DNA of 64,000 nt, from assembly GCA_964016885.1 (NCBI GenBank), contig OZ024753.1, forward strand, positions 46,872,001 through 46,936,000, written 5' to 3'. Within the stretch, counting starts at the first letter, position 1; every line of letters starts with the position of its first letter. The notes under the pieces were generated by a model. That model was not told where the DNA came from and did no database searches. It saw only the letters and a program-made list of their open reading frames with translations. The position numbers and the translations under genes are program-made. Positions 37,101 to 49,536 of this stretch are shown here, in pieces. Source of the DNA: Eledone cirrhosa (taxonomy: Eukaryota).

Positions 37101-37938
37101 TCGTAAAACCTATCCTTAAGTTCGTCTGGCAGCCCCGATTGGGGTGCGTAAGCTGATATTATTGTGGTAATTGTCTTATTCAGGACTAGTCTGAGTTTAA
37201 TGATTCTTGCATTTACCCTGTACACTGAGATTACTTTATCTACCCACTTGTCAGCTAATAGTATACCTACACCACCCATCCCATCGTCATTTCCCACCCA
37301 GAAAAATTTGTAGCACTGGCTTTTTCCTACAAGGACTCTAGCAGACCCTCCTCTCCATCTAGTCTCTTGCACACAGCATACATCAACTTCCTTTCGCTCT
37401 AGCATTTCTACGATTTCTCCTGCTCTTCCTTTCATTGAGCCTACATTGATGGTACCAACTCGGAGTTTTGGGCATTTGTCGACACTCGTAGGGGAGGGTC
37501 TCTGGGTTGGCGCTTCACGTGGGTGCTTGGTAGCTCGCAGATTCATATTTCATCTATTGATTCAGAGTTGCTCGTGTATTCCCAGCTCATCCATCCATAA
37601 CGGTGGGAAAATTGAGGGCTAGAAGGACAGTGGTGGTGGGGTAATGGCAGGGTGTGTTGGGATGCGCCAGAGGAGGAGAGAGTTAGTTAGGCAGGTAGTA
37701 GCAGCAGCAGCAGTGGAAATGGCATGCTAGGTTTGATTGGTCGAATAGACTATGGTGGTGTGTGGGGGTGGGGGGGGGGGGGAAATTGTGAGGTAGGAAC
37801 TGAGGGTCGCATGGTAAATATCCAAGTTAATACTACATCAGTAAAATTAACAATAATAACGTCATGAAAAAAGCTACTAAGAGAAACCCTCGAAAATTTA
37901 TCGCTAATACAGCAGGGAAAATTTAACGCTAATTGCTA
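34127..37938 (-). mobile_element. Full-length RTE non-LTR retrotransposon, recent insertion
   Basis: ~390-bp 5'UTR, single ORF, ~300-bp 3'UTR and (GAT)n tail. Absent from the matching site near 18380 in spacer 1. Flanked by ATAGT at 34122-34126 and 37939-37943, a possible TSD that is ambiguous within the TA repeat. Confidence 0.95.
34427..37546 (-). CDS. Intact RTE-clade LINE ORF: APE endonuclease plus reverse transcriptase with an inserted PHD finger (1039 aa)
   Basis: APE motifs GTINVGSM, CVQETRW, SAYAPQ, GDFNGHVG, LDFIL, SQHSLV. RT motifs NYRGIKL, QFGF, FVDLEKAFDRV, GVHQGSVLSP, YADD, FCYLG. RTE-type C-terminus RLRWYGHVMR/GRPKMTW. No internal stops. Confidence 0.96.
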   Translation of the reverse strand: MNLRATKHPREAPTQRPSPTSVDKCPKLRVGTINVGSMKGRAGEIVEMLERKEVDVCCVQETRWRGGSARVLVGKSQCYKFFWVGNDDGMGGVGILLADKWVDKVISVYRVNARIIKLRLVLNKTITTIISAYAPQSGLPDELKDRFYESLIHTTALTDDKDFLIIAGDFNGHVGKHCDGFNRVHGGHGVGTRNEEGFRLLEFCDANDMSICNTNFKKPDNHLITYRSGEHSSQLDFILIRGRDRWTVVNTKAFPSEECTSQHSLVVSDLTVRTRRALKQRPTWRRKIWKLKVPSTSNRFKDILLNAYDSKEEQIETFNVEENWEFLKNNLLEATDEVCGWSKTSSRRRVTWWWNNKVDEAVKAKRQAWKEWKNGGSRVHYIETKREARRQVYLARREAEDRKFKHVLQREDQKQEVFKIARQCVRDSCDVIGEKCIRNDKGELALTSAEKKDAWKSHYDRLLNEENAWEEETLPHVDPIEGPAVQVSGSVVSKAIRDMKIGKATGPSGIAAEMLKASGSVGHTITTRIVNQVILEGAIPKDWCSSIIVNCYKGKGDALDRGNYRGIKLMDQVMKVTERVIAQLIRDRVNIDEMQFGFVPGKGTTDALFLVRQLQEKYLAKSKPLYLAFVDLEKAFDRVPRAVIWWALRKLGVDEWLVKAVQAMYRGAVSKVRIGNEYSEEFSVQVGVHQGSVLSPLLFIIVLQAITEEFKTGCPWELLYADDLALIAESMVELENKFQTWKQGLERKGLKVNMTKTKVLISRRENRTQIPSGKWPCSVCRKGVGRNSILCPKCKQWVHKRCSGISGSLIKNVGFTCSSCAETASKQPQETSTTNLWEGPVETVDSFCYLGDRISNGGGCSESTITRVRTGWKKFRELLPLLAAKGFSLRMKGRLYDACIRTAMLHGSETWALKVEDLRRLERNEACMLRWMCNSNIRERQSINELRERLSIRGIKCCVQERRLRWYGHVMRMKDDSCIKRCRALEVDGNRGVGRPKMTWDEVIKADLTQLHLSKSMTHDRDFWRHAVIQGTRPPMGTC

Positions 37939-38298
37939 ATAGTATATATATATATAAACAGTATATATATATATAGTATATATATATATAAACAGTATAT
38001 ATATAGTATACAAAAGATGTAGTGGGATAGTGTGTAGTCTTAAGACAAGTCTGTCCAGATAGCTGCGCTGTAACTTACACTTATTGGGACTGTGTGTTGG
38101 CAAGCAGGCCTGTATTTTGGGATCTAGCTGGTCCATTATGAGGGAGGTCTGGTTAGTTGGCAGCACCATGCCTTACTTGTGGTATATGTATGTATAGAAA
38201 TAAGTTATTGTATATGCATAACTGTCCATCTATATGTATACATGTATGTTTACTTATATCTTTGCATACATATATACATTTTCAGATGTATACACGTA

Positions 38299-40218
38299 AT
38301 GGTCACCCGGATAGTAAACCAAGTCATACAGAATGGGGTTGTTCTGAAGGACTGGCGTAGCAGCATCATCATTAACTGTTACAAGGGTAAAGGAGATGCC
38401 CTAGATAGGAGTAACTATAGAGGCATTAAATTAATCGACCAGGTCATGAAGGTCACGGAAAAAGTAATAGCGCAACTAATCAGAGAGAGAATTGATCTAG
38501 ATGAAATGCAGTTCGGGTTTGTGTCAGGTAAAAGTACCACAGACGCTCTTTTCATTGTACGACAACTACAGGAGAAGTACCTAGTTAAAAGTAAACCCCT
38601 ATACTTAGCTTTTGTTGACTTGGAGAAAGCCTTCGACAGAGTCCCCCGTTCCATTATCTGGTGGGCTCTTAGAAAACTAGGTGTTGAGGAATGGCTTGTG
38701 AGAGCTATACGAGCCATGTATAAAGAAACAGTCAGCAAGGTTAGAATTAACAACGAATATAGTGAAGAGTTTAGCGTAAAAGTTGGTGTTCATCAGGGCT
38801 CCGTCCTTAGCCCCCTACTATTTATTATTGCCCTTCAGGCTATAACAGTGGAGTTCAAGACCGGCTGCCCATGGGAACTCCTATACGCAGATGATCTAAC
38901 GCTCATAGCTGAATCAATGGCCGAGCTAGAGAAGAAATTCCAAACATGGAAGCAAGGCCTAGAATCAGAAGGCCTTAAAATTAACCTGGCTAAGACTAAA
39001 GTTCTAGTTTGTAGGAAAGAAAATAAGGCGCCGGTCCCTTCCGGGAAATGGCCATGCTCAGTGTGTAGGAAAGGCGTAGGTAGAAACTCCATTTTATGTC
39101 CCAAATGCAAAGTATGGGTTCATAAAAGATGTAGTGGGATCACAGGTAAGCTAACTAAGAACATAGATTTTACATGTGGCCGGTGCTCTGGTGCAATAAG
39201 TAGCAGCAAGTGCCCACAAAATACTAGCTCTTTCAATTGCGCAGAGGGTTCTATAGAAATAGTGGACAGCTTCCGTTACCTGGGTGACAAAATCAGCAGT
39301 GGGGGAGGGTGCTCTGAAAGTACAGTAGCTAGAGTCAGAACTGGATGGAAAAAGTTCAGAGAGCTTATACCACTATTAGCCGCTAAAGGGTTCTCCCTAA
39401 AAATGAAAGGCAGGTTGTATGATGCCTGCATATGAACAGCAATGTTGCATGGCAGTGAGACCTGGGCATTGTGTGCAGAGGATATACGCAGACTAGAGAG
39501 GAACGAAGCTTGCATGCTTCGCTGGATGTGTAATAGTAATATATGTGAACGGCAAAGCATAAACGAACTAAGGGAAAAATTAGAAATAAGAGGGATCAGA
39601 TGTTGTGTACTCGAGAGAAGACTACGTTGGTATGGTCCACGTGATGCGGATGAAAGACGACAGCTGTATAAAAAAAATGCAGGGCAATAAAGATAGACGG
39701 TAGCCACGGAGTAGGCAGACCCAGAAAAACCTGGGACGACTTGATAAATTCCGACCTCACACACTTACACCTCTCCAAGACAATGTCACTGGACCGAGAT
39801 CTTTGGCGGTACTCAGTAATAGAGAAGACCCGCCTTACCTAGATACAAAGTAAAACCTACTACAGTCAGTAGGCACCTCTAACAAAATACACCCCCACCC
39901 CATCCACACCGCCCCTTTCAATGTAAAGTTATGTTGGTGCCACAACATCCAGGCCGAAACAAATGAGGTCGTGTAGGTGTCACGACAAAAAAAAAAAACA
40001 CAGTCCACGCAGTAATGTGGCCGTGTAGGTAACACGGTAAAAACCTCCCAGTCCCACACTGTAAATGCGGTTGGTGTTAGGAAGGGCATCCAGCTGTAGA
40101 AAACCCGCCAGACAGTCCTATGCGAGCAAGACAACCACTCTTGCCTCAAGTGGGAAAATTCCCGTCCAAACCCATGCAAGCGTGGAATATGGACGTTAAA
40201 CGATGATGATGATGATGA

Positions 40219-40222
<4 letters not shown>
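38299..40222 (+). pseudogene. Second spacer copy of the truncated RTE
   Basis: Near-identical to 18739-20663; same first stop, but AGA instead of the second TGA (~39598). Confidence 0.93.
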
Positions 40223-40249
<27 letters not shown>

Positions 40250-40252
<3 letters not shown>

Positions 40253-41374
40253 CTTTGACATTTCTTAGAAAAAAAATGAAAAAGTTTTGTGAGAACCCCA
40301 ATGTTTATTTATTTTATTTTATTTTTAAATAAAATTAATAACATTAATTTTATTTTGAAATTAGGTTTATAAATATTAATTATCAGCAGACCGTTGTAGC
40401 AGTCTTGGCGGCTTAGTGGGAAGTACCAGAGATGGTGAGGTCCTTGTCTGTAGGTTCAATCCTGGTCTGGGAGTTCAATCATTGCTGTAATGTGTCCTGT
40501 TAATCTTTTTTTAAATTTTCCTCAGAAAAAACTGAAAATCTTTGGTGAGAACCCCAATGTCTATTTATCTAATATAATTTAATTTATTTTATTTTATTTT
40601 ACTTTAGTTAAATTGTCAAAACCACTGGTGATCTAAAGTTAGAGGAGACAGATAAAATAGACATATTGTCTCCTCAACCTTTAGATCTTCAGTGTTTTCG
40701 ACAATTTAACTAAAATAAAAAATTAAATTCAATATAATTAAATAAATAGGGGTTCTCTTTTTCAAAGAGATATAGAAAGAAAATTATAAAAGATTAACAT
40801 GACACCTTACATGTATCTCATGGACCAGGATTGAACCCGAGTCCCCAATTCAACCCTCAGACCAGGATTGAACACCCAGAACAGGATCTCACCATCTCTG
40901 GTACTTCCCACTAAGCTACCGAGACTGATACAAAGATGTACTGAAATTTAATATTTATAAACCTACTTTCAAAATAAAATTAAAAATAAAATATATATAT
41001 ATATATATTCCTTTGACATTTCTTAGAAAAAAGAACTGAAAAAGTTTTGTGAGAACGCCAATGTCTATTTATTTTATTTTATTTTTAATTAAATTAGTTA
41101 TATTTTGAAAGTAGGTTTATAAATATTAATTTTCAATAGACCTTTGTAGCAGTCTTGGTGGCTTAGTGGGAAGTACCAGAGATGGTGAGATCCTTGTCTG
41201 TAAGTTCAATTCTTGCTTGGAGACATGTCTAATGTGTCCTATTAATCTTTTTTTAATTTTCCTTTTACATCTCTTAGAAATAACTGAAAATCTTTGGTGA
41301 GAACCCCAATGTCTATTTATCTAATATAATTAATTTAATTTAATTTAATTTAATTTTTATTTTAGTGAAACCAC
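40250..41374. repeat. Fold-back/triplicated element, spacer copy 2
   Basis: Near-identical to 20715-21839; centre at 40650/40667. Confidence 0.85.
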
Positions 41375-41815
41375 TGTTGTATTCAAGAGACCAGGTGGAG
41401 GGGTGGGTCTGCTAGATTCATTGTGGGTAAAGAACGGTGCTATGAACTTTTCTGGGTGGGAAATGACAATGGGCTGGGTATACACATACCACCCCACCAC
41501 CCCACCGTAAAGTGGTCGTGGAGGCGCCACGGCAAAAAAGCACCCAGCCCGCTCTGTAAAGCTGACGTGGAGGTGCCACGGAAAAAAAAAAAGCACCCAG
41601 CACTCACTGCAAACTGGGTTGGCGTCAGGAAGGGCACCCAGCTGTAGAAACCAATCCAGAATCAGCTCCCACCCCACCCTTGCAAGCATGGAAAAGCGGA
41701 CGTATGATGAAGTTGATATATATATATATATATTAGTATATATATACACATACATATGTACACATATACACATACATATATATATATATATACACACACA
41801 TATATATCAGTGTAC

Positions 41816-41850
<35 letters not shown>

Positions 41851-42495
41851 AATGAATATTTATTCAATTTAAAGCGCCAATTATCTATATATAACAAGAT
41901 ATGAATTTTTCTAGGGATGGGGAAATTTTCAGTTTGTTTTTATATTTTCACTTCATTTTTTACTTTCTATTTAATACAGTCTTTGATCCAATATAATCCT
42001 GACAGTATTTGAACCAGTTTACCTCATATATATGTATGCACACACAACACTCAAGTTTCGCCATCTACTGCTATTTCATTCATATTTATTGTTTAATTAA
42101 CTCTGGTCTAATTCATCAACTATTGTTAATTATATTATTACGTAGATTTCTTATAAAATCTAGTGCATATATACGTGTATATATACAGGGAGACACTGTG
42201 TAATAGATGTAAAGAGAGTGGGAGATAGAGTTATAGAAGTAAAGAGAGGGAGAGAAATAAGCGGTAGATAGAGCAATAGATGTAAAGAGAGGGTTAGAAC
42301 GTTCAACTTGACAGTCAGTACATATGCCAACTACCCAACCGGCCAGCCAGCCGTATTTGCGGTTGACTGGCCAGTTGGGCGGTTGGTATGTGGAACGTTC
42401 AACTACGCAGTCAGTACCAAAGTTCAACATTGTAGCCAGTGCATATGCCGATCGCCGCGCCCTCTTTGCTCTATTTTAATGACCTGGAACTAAGT

Positions 42496-42608
42496 AAAAA
42501 GAGTAGGAGATAACTCGACAAGAGCGGAGAGGGTGAGATTCGAACCATGTAAAGTCGTTGGCTCCTGAACTTCGTAAGCGGGGCTGCTACTGACTGATCA
42601 ACGCCGGC
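42496..42608 (-). ncRNA. Candidate Pol III tRNA-like RNA, unit 6
   Basis: Type A allele with one private change (ctgaacttcg). Confidence 0.5.
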
Positions 42609-43589
42609 AGCAAGGCAAATCGCGCATAAAATAACGCTTATATCGACAAAATAAAACAAAAATTTCAATGTTGCACTCTTGTTTGTTGTTCTTTTATTTT
42701 ACGTAAACATTTCGCTGCTCTAGCCTCTTATTTCCTATTAGATTACACTTAATTCCATTAAACATTCATTCTTAGTCTCGTGGTAAACTATTTCATCTAT
42801 ATTTATATCGCTGTTACAGCCTTTTATTTCTACATCTATCACCTATAGCCACTGTTACGCCGGTAGTATAAGTAGCTTTATAACAAGAAACGATGATATA
42901 ACTCCACAAAATGTCTTCTTGAGCAAGACACTTCACCTCATATTGCTCCAGTACACCGAGTTACACATAGACAGATACATACATACACATATATATGTAC
43001 ACAGATAGAAATAAGAGGGAGATAGAGTAAAAGATGGAAAGATAGTGTAAAAGATTTAAAGAGAGGGTGAGAGTGTGACACACATTTATCTGTCTATCTC
43101 TCTCTATTTTAACACCGGTCGTTATAATTAGTTTTATAACACCGCTATATTACCGACATGAAAGAGGTAAATAATTATTTCTTAAATGTTTAGAACATGT
43201 TTCTCTTGTCTTCTTAAATGTATAGAACATGTTTCTTATTTATATTCTTAACATAGCTAGGACCTTATCTCATTTACTGGTCTCTACTTTTAGGGCTTTG
43301 CTGGTCCCATGTGCCCTCCATGAAGACACACTCGCCCCTTCTCTCTCAGTCTCCGTACTAATTACTACACATACGTATATATATTTATTTTAAGAAACCT
43401 TAATGACAAATAATATAAAGTGTTTGTAAAGTGGGGAAGAGTAGTTTTACGGTGGGGTTGTTATATAGATATCGTTTTTGCAGTGGGGTCGTGACTGGCG
43501 TATAATAATGAGTCACTGTTGATGTATATACAAATCATATTTTGGATATAAGTGAAGTTATTTAAGAGATTTAGTTGTTTTGTATACAT

Positions 43590-45594
43590 TCATAACGGTA
43601 CGCGATGGGACCCACCCACAGCCCCGGCGGACAGAATGGAGAAGGCGTTTCCCCGGAGCACGGCAAGGGAGACGCGCTGGAAAAGCCACTCCAACTCGCG
43701 GGGCTCACACCTGCGGCTGGCCAGCTCAGCGCCTATGGTGGTGAGTAAGGAGGTAGCCCTGGGGCCGAGGACACCAGAAGTCTCCACTTCCAGGGGTACG
43801 ACCGCAAACCTGTCGGAGAGTTAACGATATGTGAGCAGTTTGGCCCTCTCAGCCTGACGTGCAGCAGAACCTGGGCCAGTCGCAGACTGCACCAGGTTGC
43901 GGCTGCAGAAAGTGTCGGTGCAAGTGGCATCCCAGACGAGGGGTTTGCCACCGCGGAACGGGAAGATGGTCATGCCATCTGGCCTTTTGCCGTCCCCTGG
44001 AGCTGGGAAGGGAAGCCTGCAGCGTCCAAGCCATGCTTAATGATTTCGTTGAGGGCAGCATGGCGTGGATTGCGGCTGGCACTGTGGCGACAGGAAAGCG
44101 GGTGGAGGCCGAAAGAGTCCATGGTGGAACGGCAGCGACATTGGTGTGAGGCCGAGCCTCAGGGAAACGCCGATGCGCAAGCTATGGTTGTCTAGCTGCG
44201 TGCGAGTGGAGAAGGAGGGCAGGGCATGGAGCCAGGCCCCACTGTGGGGTTTGGAGGCCGCACGAAAACAAACAAGGCGGTGCTGGTCGAGCTGGCACGT
44301 GAGCCTGTCTGAGGCCAGGCTGCACTGGATGGCATCCCAAGTGTGTTGGGGGGGGACTTGACGTCAACAGGGGGAGAAGGAGGAGGAACGTCTACTGGGC
44401 TAAGTCCCAGCCGGTGCCACGTCTCACAGGCGGCCACGCGTTCTCTGAACACAGAGGGTTCTGTTGTGTTTTGAAGAACCCTGCTGAGGTGGACGTGGTA
44501 CGAGGTTACCGACGAAAGATACGCCGGCAAAGCTAGTGAGATCGGGGACTGGAGGCGAAGGTCGCCATACCTGATAGGTAAAGTTGCATATCTCATCGGC
44601 TGCTGCTCGGATACAAGTCTGGGTGTAGCACAGAGTGTATAGAGGAGCTTCGGCATGGCGTAGCAGTTCCTCAGCAGAAAGAGAACTGGGTGGCCATCAA
44701 TCAAGCCCAGTCGGCTCGTGAGAGTCTGAACTTGATGGTGGAGCGGATGGCCGGCGGGTGGATCGGTGAGGGCATCCTCTTTGGGGGTCACCTGAACCTG
44801 GCGGAGAATGGACCGCACGTCCAAGACGGAGACTGCAAAGCTTGCAGCATCGAGGCTGACATTCACCACCTCCGACTTGGCTGAGTTGACCTGGAGGTCG
44901 ATTCCCGCCAGCGCAGGAACCACCGATTGAAGGTCATGGCAGACCGCCTGTACGGGCCCACCCAAAGTAGCATCATCCAGATACCAAACGTTGAGAGGGG
45001 CCGTTATACTCCGGGCGATGTGGTCAATACCAAGGGTGAACAGGAGGGGTCCCAAAGGGTTGCCCTGTTGGATCCCAGTAGCCAAGGGTATGACCGCATC
45101 AGCAGCATGTCGCATGCTCGGGGCTCCATATGACAGCTAGGCAGAGGGGGCTCGGCTGAGGCAGGCCTCGAGCAGATGATCCCAGCGTAAAGAGTTGAAG
45201 GCATTCCTCATGTCAAACTTGACAATGAGGTGGCTGGAGTCCCTGGATGCCGGTTCCGAGTGTTACGGACTTGCAGGTTACCTTGGCAGCCAGCCTCCGG
45301 AAGACATTGCCCACAGCAATGGGGCGTATGCCACCCTCTTTCTTCCTGAGAGCGGTGAAGCTGGCTGAAAAAAAGAGGCCTCGAGCATAAGAGTCCAGGG
45401 CGCCATGGATGAGCCTATTGGTGAGCGCCACAATTGCACTCAGAAGGCGGCGCCCGGCCTCAGCGGAGAGGGGAGATATCAACTCCTTGAGGAGGCCTGG
45501 TCAGAGACCATCAACATCACCGCAGCTGCTAGCTGGGAAGGACCTGATGGCGGACATGATGTCTGCATCAGAAGCCACAAGGAGCAAGTGTGGA
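43590..45594 (-). mobile_element. CRE-like remnant, unit 6 (type A)
   Basis: Same motifs as unit 1. Confidence 0.88.
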
Positions 45595-46238
45595 TTACAA
45601 TACAAAACCTCTGAGAATAATTTCTAAGATATTTCACCATAATTAATTTTCATCAATATATATTAATATTATTATTGTTTATTAGGTCAGGTGGATTGGC
45701 CAGAACAATTCTACTCTTCTTTTTTAGATGTCACGATTTTTCATGGCATTCCTGAGATCATTAATCTCCAGCTGGAGATCCAGAGACATCTGATGTATGT
45801 AGGTGAACCTCAGTCATCCCACTTGGCTCTTACTATGTTTAGGTATCCACCACAGGAGCCAGCTCATCAGGTCATCCTACCCTCAGCAGCAATGTCCAGC
45901 ATCTATTGATTTCCGCTCCCTAGTTATTGTGGTAATCTTCGATATCTGGGAATATATTTCTTCTGCTTAAGGGAGTAATAAATATATAGTTTTAAAAAAA
46001 ACATATATATACACACACATATATATATGTTGTCATTTATAAGAGTTCTCTATCAAAAGCCTTCTCTATGTCCAAAGCTAAGTATAGTGGCTTATTTTTC
46101 TCTAAGAACCTCTTTTGTAGTTGTCTCACTAAGAAGAGGGCATCTGTTGCACTTTTCAGCGGCACAAAACCAAACTGCATCTCATACACATACATACATA
46201 TACATACATACATACATACATATACACATACATACATA

Positions 46239-46593
46239 CATCATCATCATCATCATCATCATCATTTCGTTTTAAGTCCGCTTTTTCCCTGCTTGTAAGG
46301 GTGGGACGGGAACTGATTCTGGCTTGATTTCTACAGCTGGATGCCCTTCCTAACACCAACCTCATTTACAGTGAGTGCTGAGTGCTTTTTTGCCGTGGCA
46401 CCTCCACGACCACTTTGCAGTGGAATGATATGGACCCCAGTCCCTATCATCTCATTTCTACAGCTGAGTAAACTGGAGCAATGTGAAATAAAGTGTCTTG
46501 CTCAAGGAAACAACACATCACCCGGTCTGAGAATTGAACTCACAACTTTTCGATTGCCAGGCCAATGCTCGAACCACTAAGCCATGTGCCTCC
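46239..46593 (-). mobile_element. Same SINE, unit 6
   Basis: Near-identical to 5048-5387. Confidence 0.8.
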
Positions 46594-47633
46594 ATATACA
46601 TATACATATACATATACATACACATACATATACATACATATATATATACATACATACATATATACACATACATACATACACATACATACACATATACATA
46701 CATATACATACATAGATATATATATATACATAATATAAATATACATACATACACATACATAAGCATATACACATAAGTATATATACATATACACACGTAT
46801 ATATACATATACATACATACATATATACACATACATACATATATACATACATACACACATATATACATATACACATACATACATATACATACATATACAC
46901 ATACATACATATATATATATACATACACACACATATATACATACACACACATATATACAAACACATACATATACACATATATACACATACATACACATAC
47001 ATATACATACATATACACATATACACTCATATATACATATACATACATACACACACATACATACATATATACATATACATACATAAAGACAAATCCACCT
47101 CATGGACGAGAATGCAAGGGCTCCTCCTCTTTGTTTCGGCCGCGGATGGCTAACCCTAACCCCATCCCCGCTCCCCACCGCTCCCAACCTCCAAACGCAA
47201 TCCAAAACTTCAGAGTTGGTACCATTAATGTAGGCACCTTATAGGGTGGCTCTAACGAGGTTGTAGAAATGCTTGAACGTAAGGAGGTCGATGTTTGTTG
47301 TATTCAAGAGACCAGGTGGAGGGGTGGGTCTGCTAGATTCATCGTGGGTAAAGAACGATGCTATAAGCTTTTCTGTGTGGCAAATGACAATGGGCTGGGT
47401 ATACACATACCACCCCACCACCCCACCGCAAAGTGGTCGTGGAGGCGCCGCGGCAAAAAAGCACCCAGCCCACACTGTAAAGCTGACGTGGAGGTGCCAC
47501 GGAAAAAAAAAAGCACCCAGCACTCACTGCAAACGGGGTTGGCGTCAGGAAGGGCACCCAGCTGTGGAAACCAATCCAGAATCAGCTCCCACCCCACCCT
47601 TGCAAGCATGGAAAAGCGGACGTATGATGAAGT

Positions 47634-47686
<53 letters not shown>

Positions 47687-48428
47687 TATATATATACACA
47701 TATATATATACACACATATATATCAGTGTACATATATATATACATATATATATATATATAAATGAATATTTATTCAATTTAAAGCGCCAATTATCTATAT
47801 ATAACAAGATATGAATTTTTCTAGGGATGGGGGAAATTTTCAGTTTGTTTTTATATTTTCACTTCATTTTTTACTTTCTATTTAATACAGTCTTTGATCC
47901 AATATAATCCTGACAGTATTTGAACCAGTTTACCTCATATATATGTATGCACACACAACACTCAAGTTTCGCCATCTACTGCTATTTCATTCATATTTAT
48001 TGTTTAATTAACTCTGGTCTAATTCATCAACTATTGTTAATTATATTATTACGTAGATTTCTTATAAAATCTAGTGCATATATACGTGTATATATACAGG
48101 GAGACACTGTAATAGATGTAAAGAGAGTGGGAGATAGAGTTATAGAAGTAAAGAGAGGGGGAGAAATAAGCGGTAGATAGAGTAATAGATGTAAAGAGAG
48201 GGTTAGAACGTTCAACTTGACAGTCAGTACAATGTTCAGCATGGTAGCCAGTACATATGCCAACTACCCAACCGGCCAGCCAGCCGCATATGCGGTTGAC
48301 TGGCCAGTTGGGCGGTTGGTATGTGGAACGTTCAACTACGCAGTCAGTACCAAAGTTCAACATTGTAGCCAGTGCATATGCCGATCGCCGCGCCCTCTTT
48401 GCTCTATTTTAATGACCTGGAACTAAGT

Positions 48429-48541
48429 AAAAAGAGTAGGAGATAACTCGACAAGAGCGGAGAGGTTGAGATTCGAACCATGTAAAGTCGTTGGCTCCTG
48501 AAGTTCGTAAGCGGGGCTGCTACTGACTGAGCAGCGCCGGC
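48429..48541 (-). ncRNA. Candidate Pol III tRNA-like RNA, unit 7
   Basis: Same allele as unit 2 (gagaggttgag). Confidence 0.5.
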
Positions 48542-49536
48542 AGCAAGTCAAATCGCGCATAAAATATGGCTTATATCGACAAAAAAAAAAAAAAAATTTC
48601 AATGTTGCACTCTTGTTTGTTGTTCTTTTATTTTACGTAAACATTTCGCTGCTCTAGCCTCTTATTTCCTATTAGATTACACTTAATTCCATTAAACATT
48701 CATTCTTAGTCTCGTGGTAAACTATTTCATCTATATTTATATCGCTGTTACAGCCTTTTATTTCTACATCTATCACCTATAGCCACTGTTACGCCGGTAG
48801 TATAAGTAGCTTTATAACAAGAAACGATGATATAACTCCACAAAATGTCTTCTTGAGCAAGACACTTCACTTCATATTGCTCCAGTACACCGAGTTACAC
48901 ATAGACAGATACATACATACATACACAGATAGAAATGAGAGGTAGATAGAGTAAAAGATTTAAAGAGAGTGTGAGAAGTACGAGTTAGATAATGTAAAAG
49001 ATTTAAAGAGAGGGTGAGAGTGTGACACACATTTATCTGTCTATCTCTCTCTATTTTAACACCGGTCGTTATAATTAGTTTTATAACACCGCTATATTAC
49101 CGACATGAAAGAGGTAAATAATTATTTCTTAAATGTTTAGAACATGTTTCTCTTGTCTTCTTAAATGTATAGAACATGTTTCTTATTTATATTCTTAACA
49201 TAGCTAGGACCTTATCTCATTTACTGGTCTCTACTTTTAGGACTTTGCTGGTCCCATGTGCCCTCCATGAAGACACACTCGCCCCTTCTCTCTCAGTCTC
49301 CGTACTAATTACTACACATACGTATATATATTTATTTTAAGAAACCTTAATGACAAATAATATAAAGTGTTTGTAAAGTGGGGAAGAGTAGTTTTACGGT
49401 GGGGTTGTTATATAGATATCGTTTTTGCAGTGGGGTCGTGACTGGCGTATAATAATGAGTCACTGTTGATGTATATACAAATCATGTTTTGGATATAAGT
49501 GAAGTTATTTAAGAGATTTAGTTGTTTTGTATACAT

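Larger units (their letters stand above)
32556..41374. repeat. Spacer copy 2, containing the full-length RTE insertion
   Basis: Colinear with 16839-21839 except for ~3.82 kb extra at 34127-37938 and a slightly longer minisatellite. Confidence 0.95.

Noticed and set aside
37547-37938. HDV-like ribozyme in the RTE 5'UTR (known in some RTEs)
   Set aside because: No nested double pseudoknot found by eye; needs a descriptor or Infernal search.
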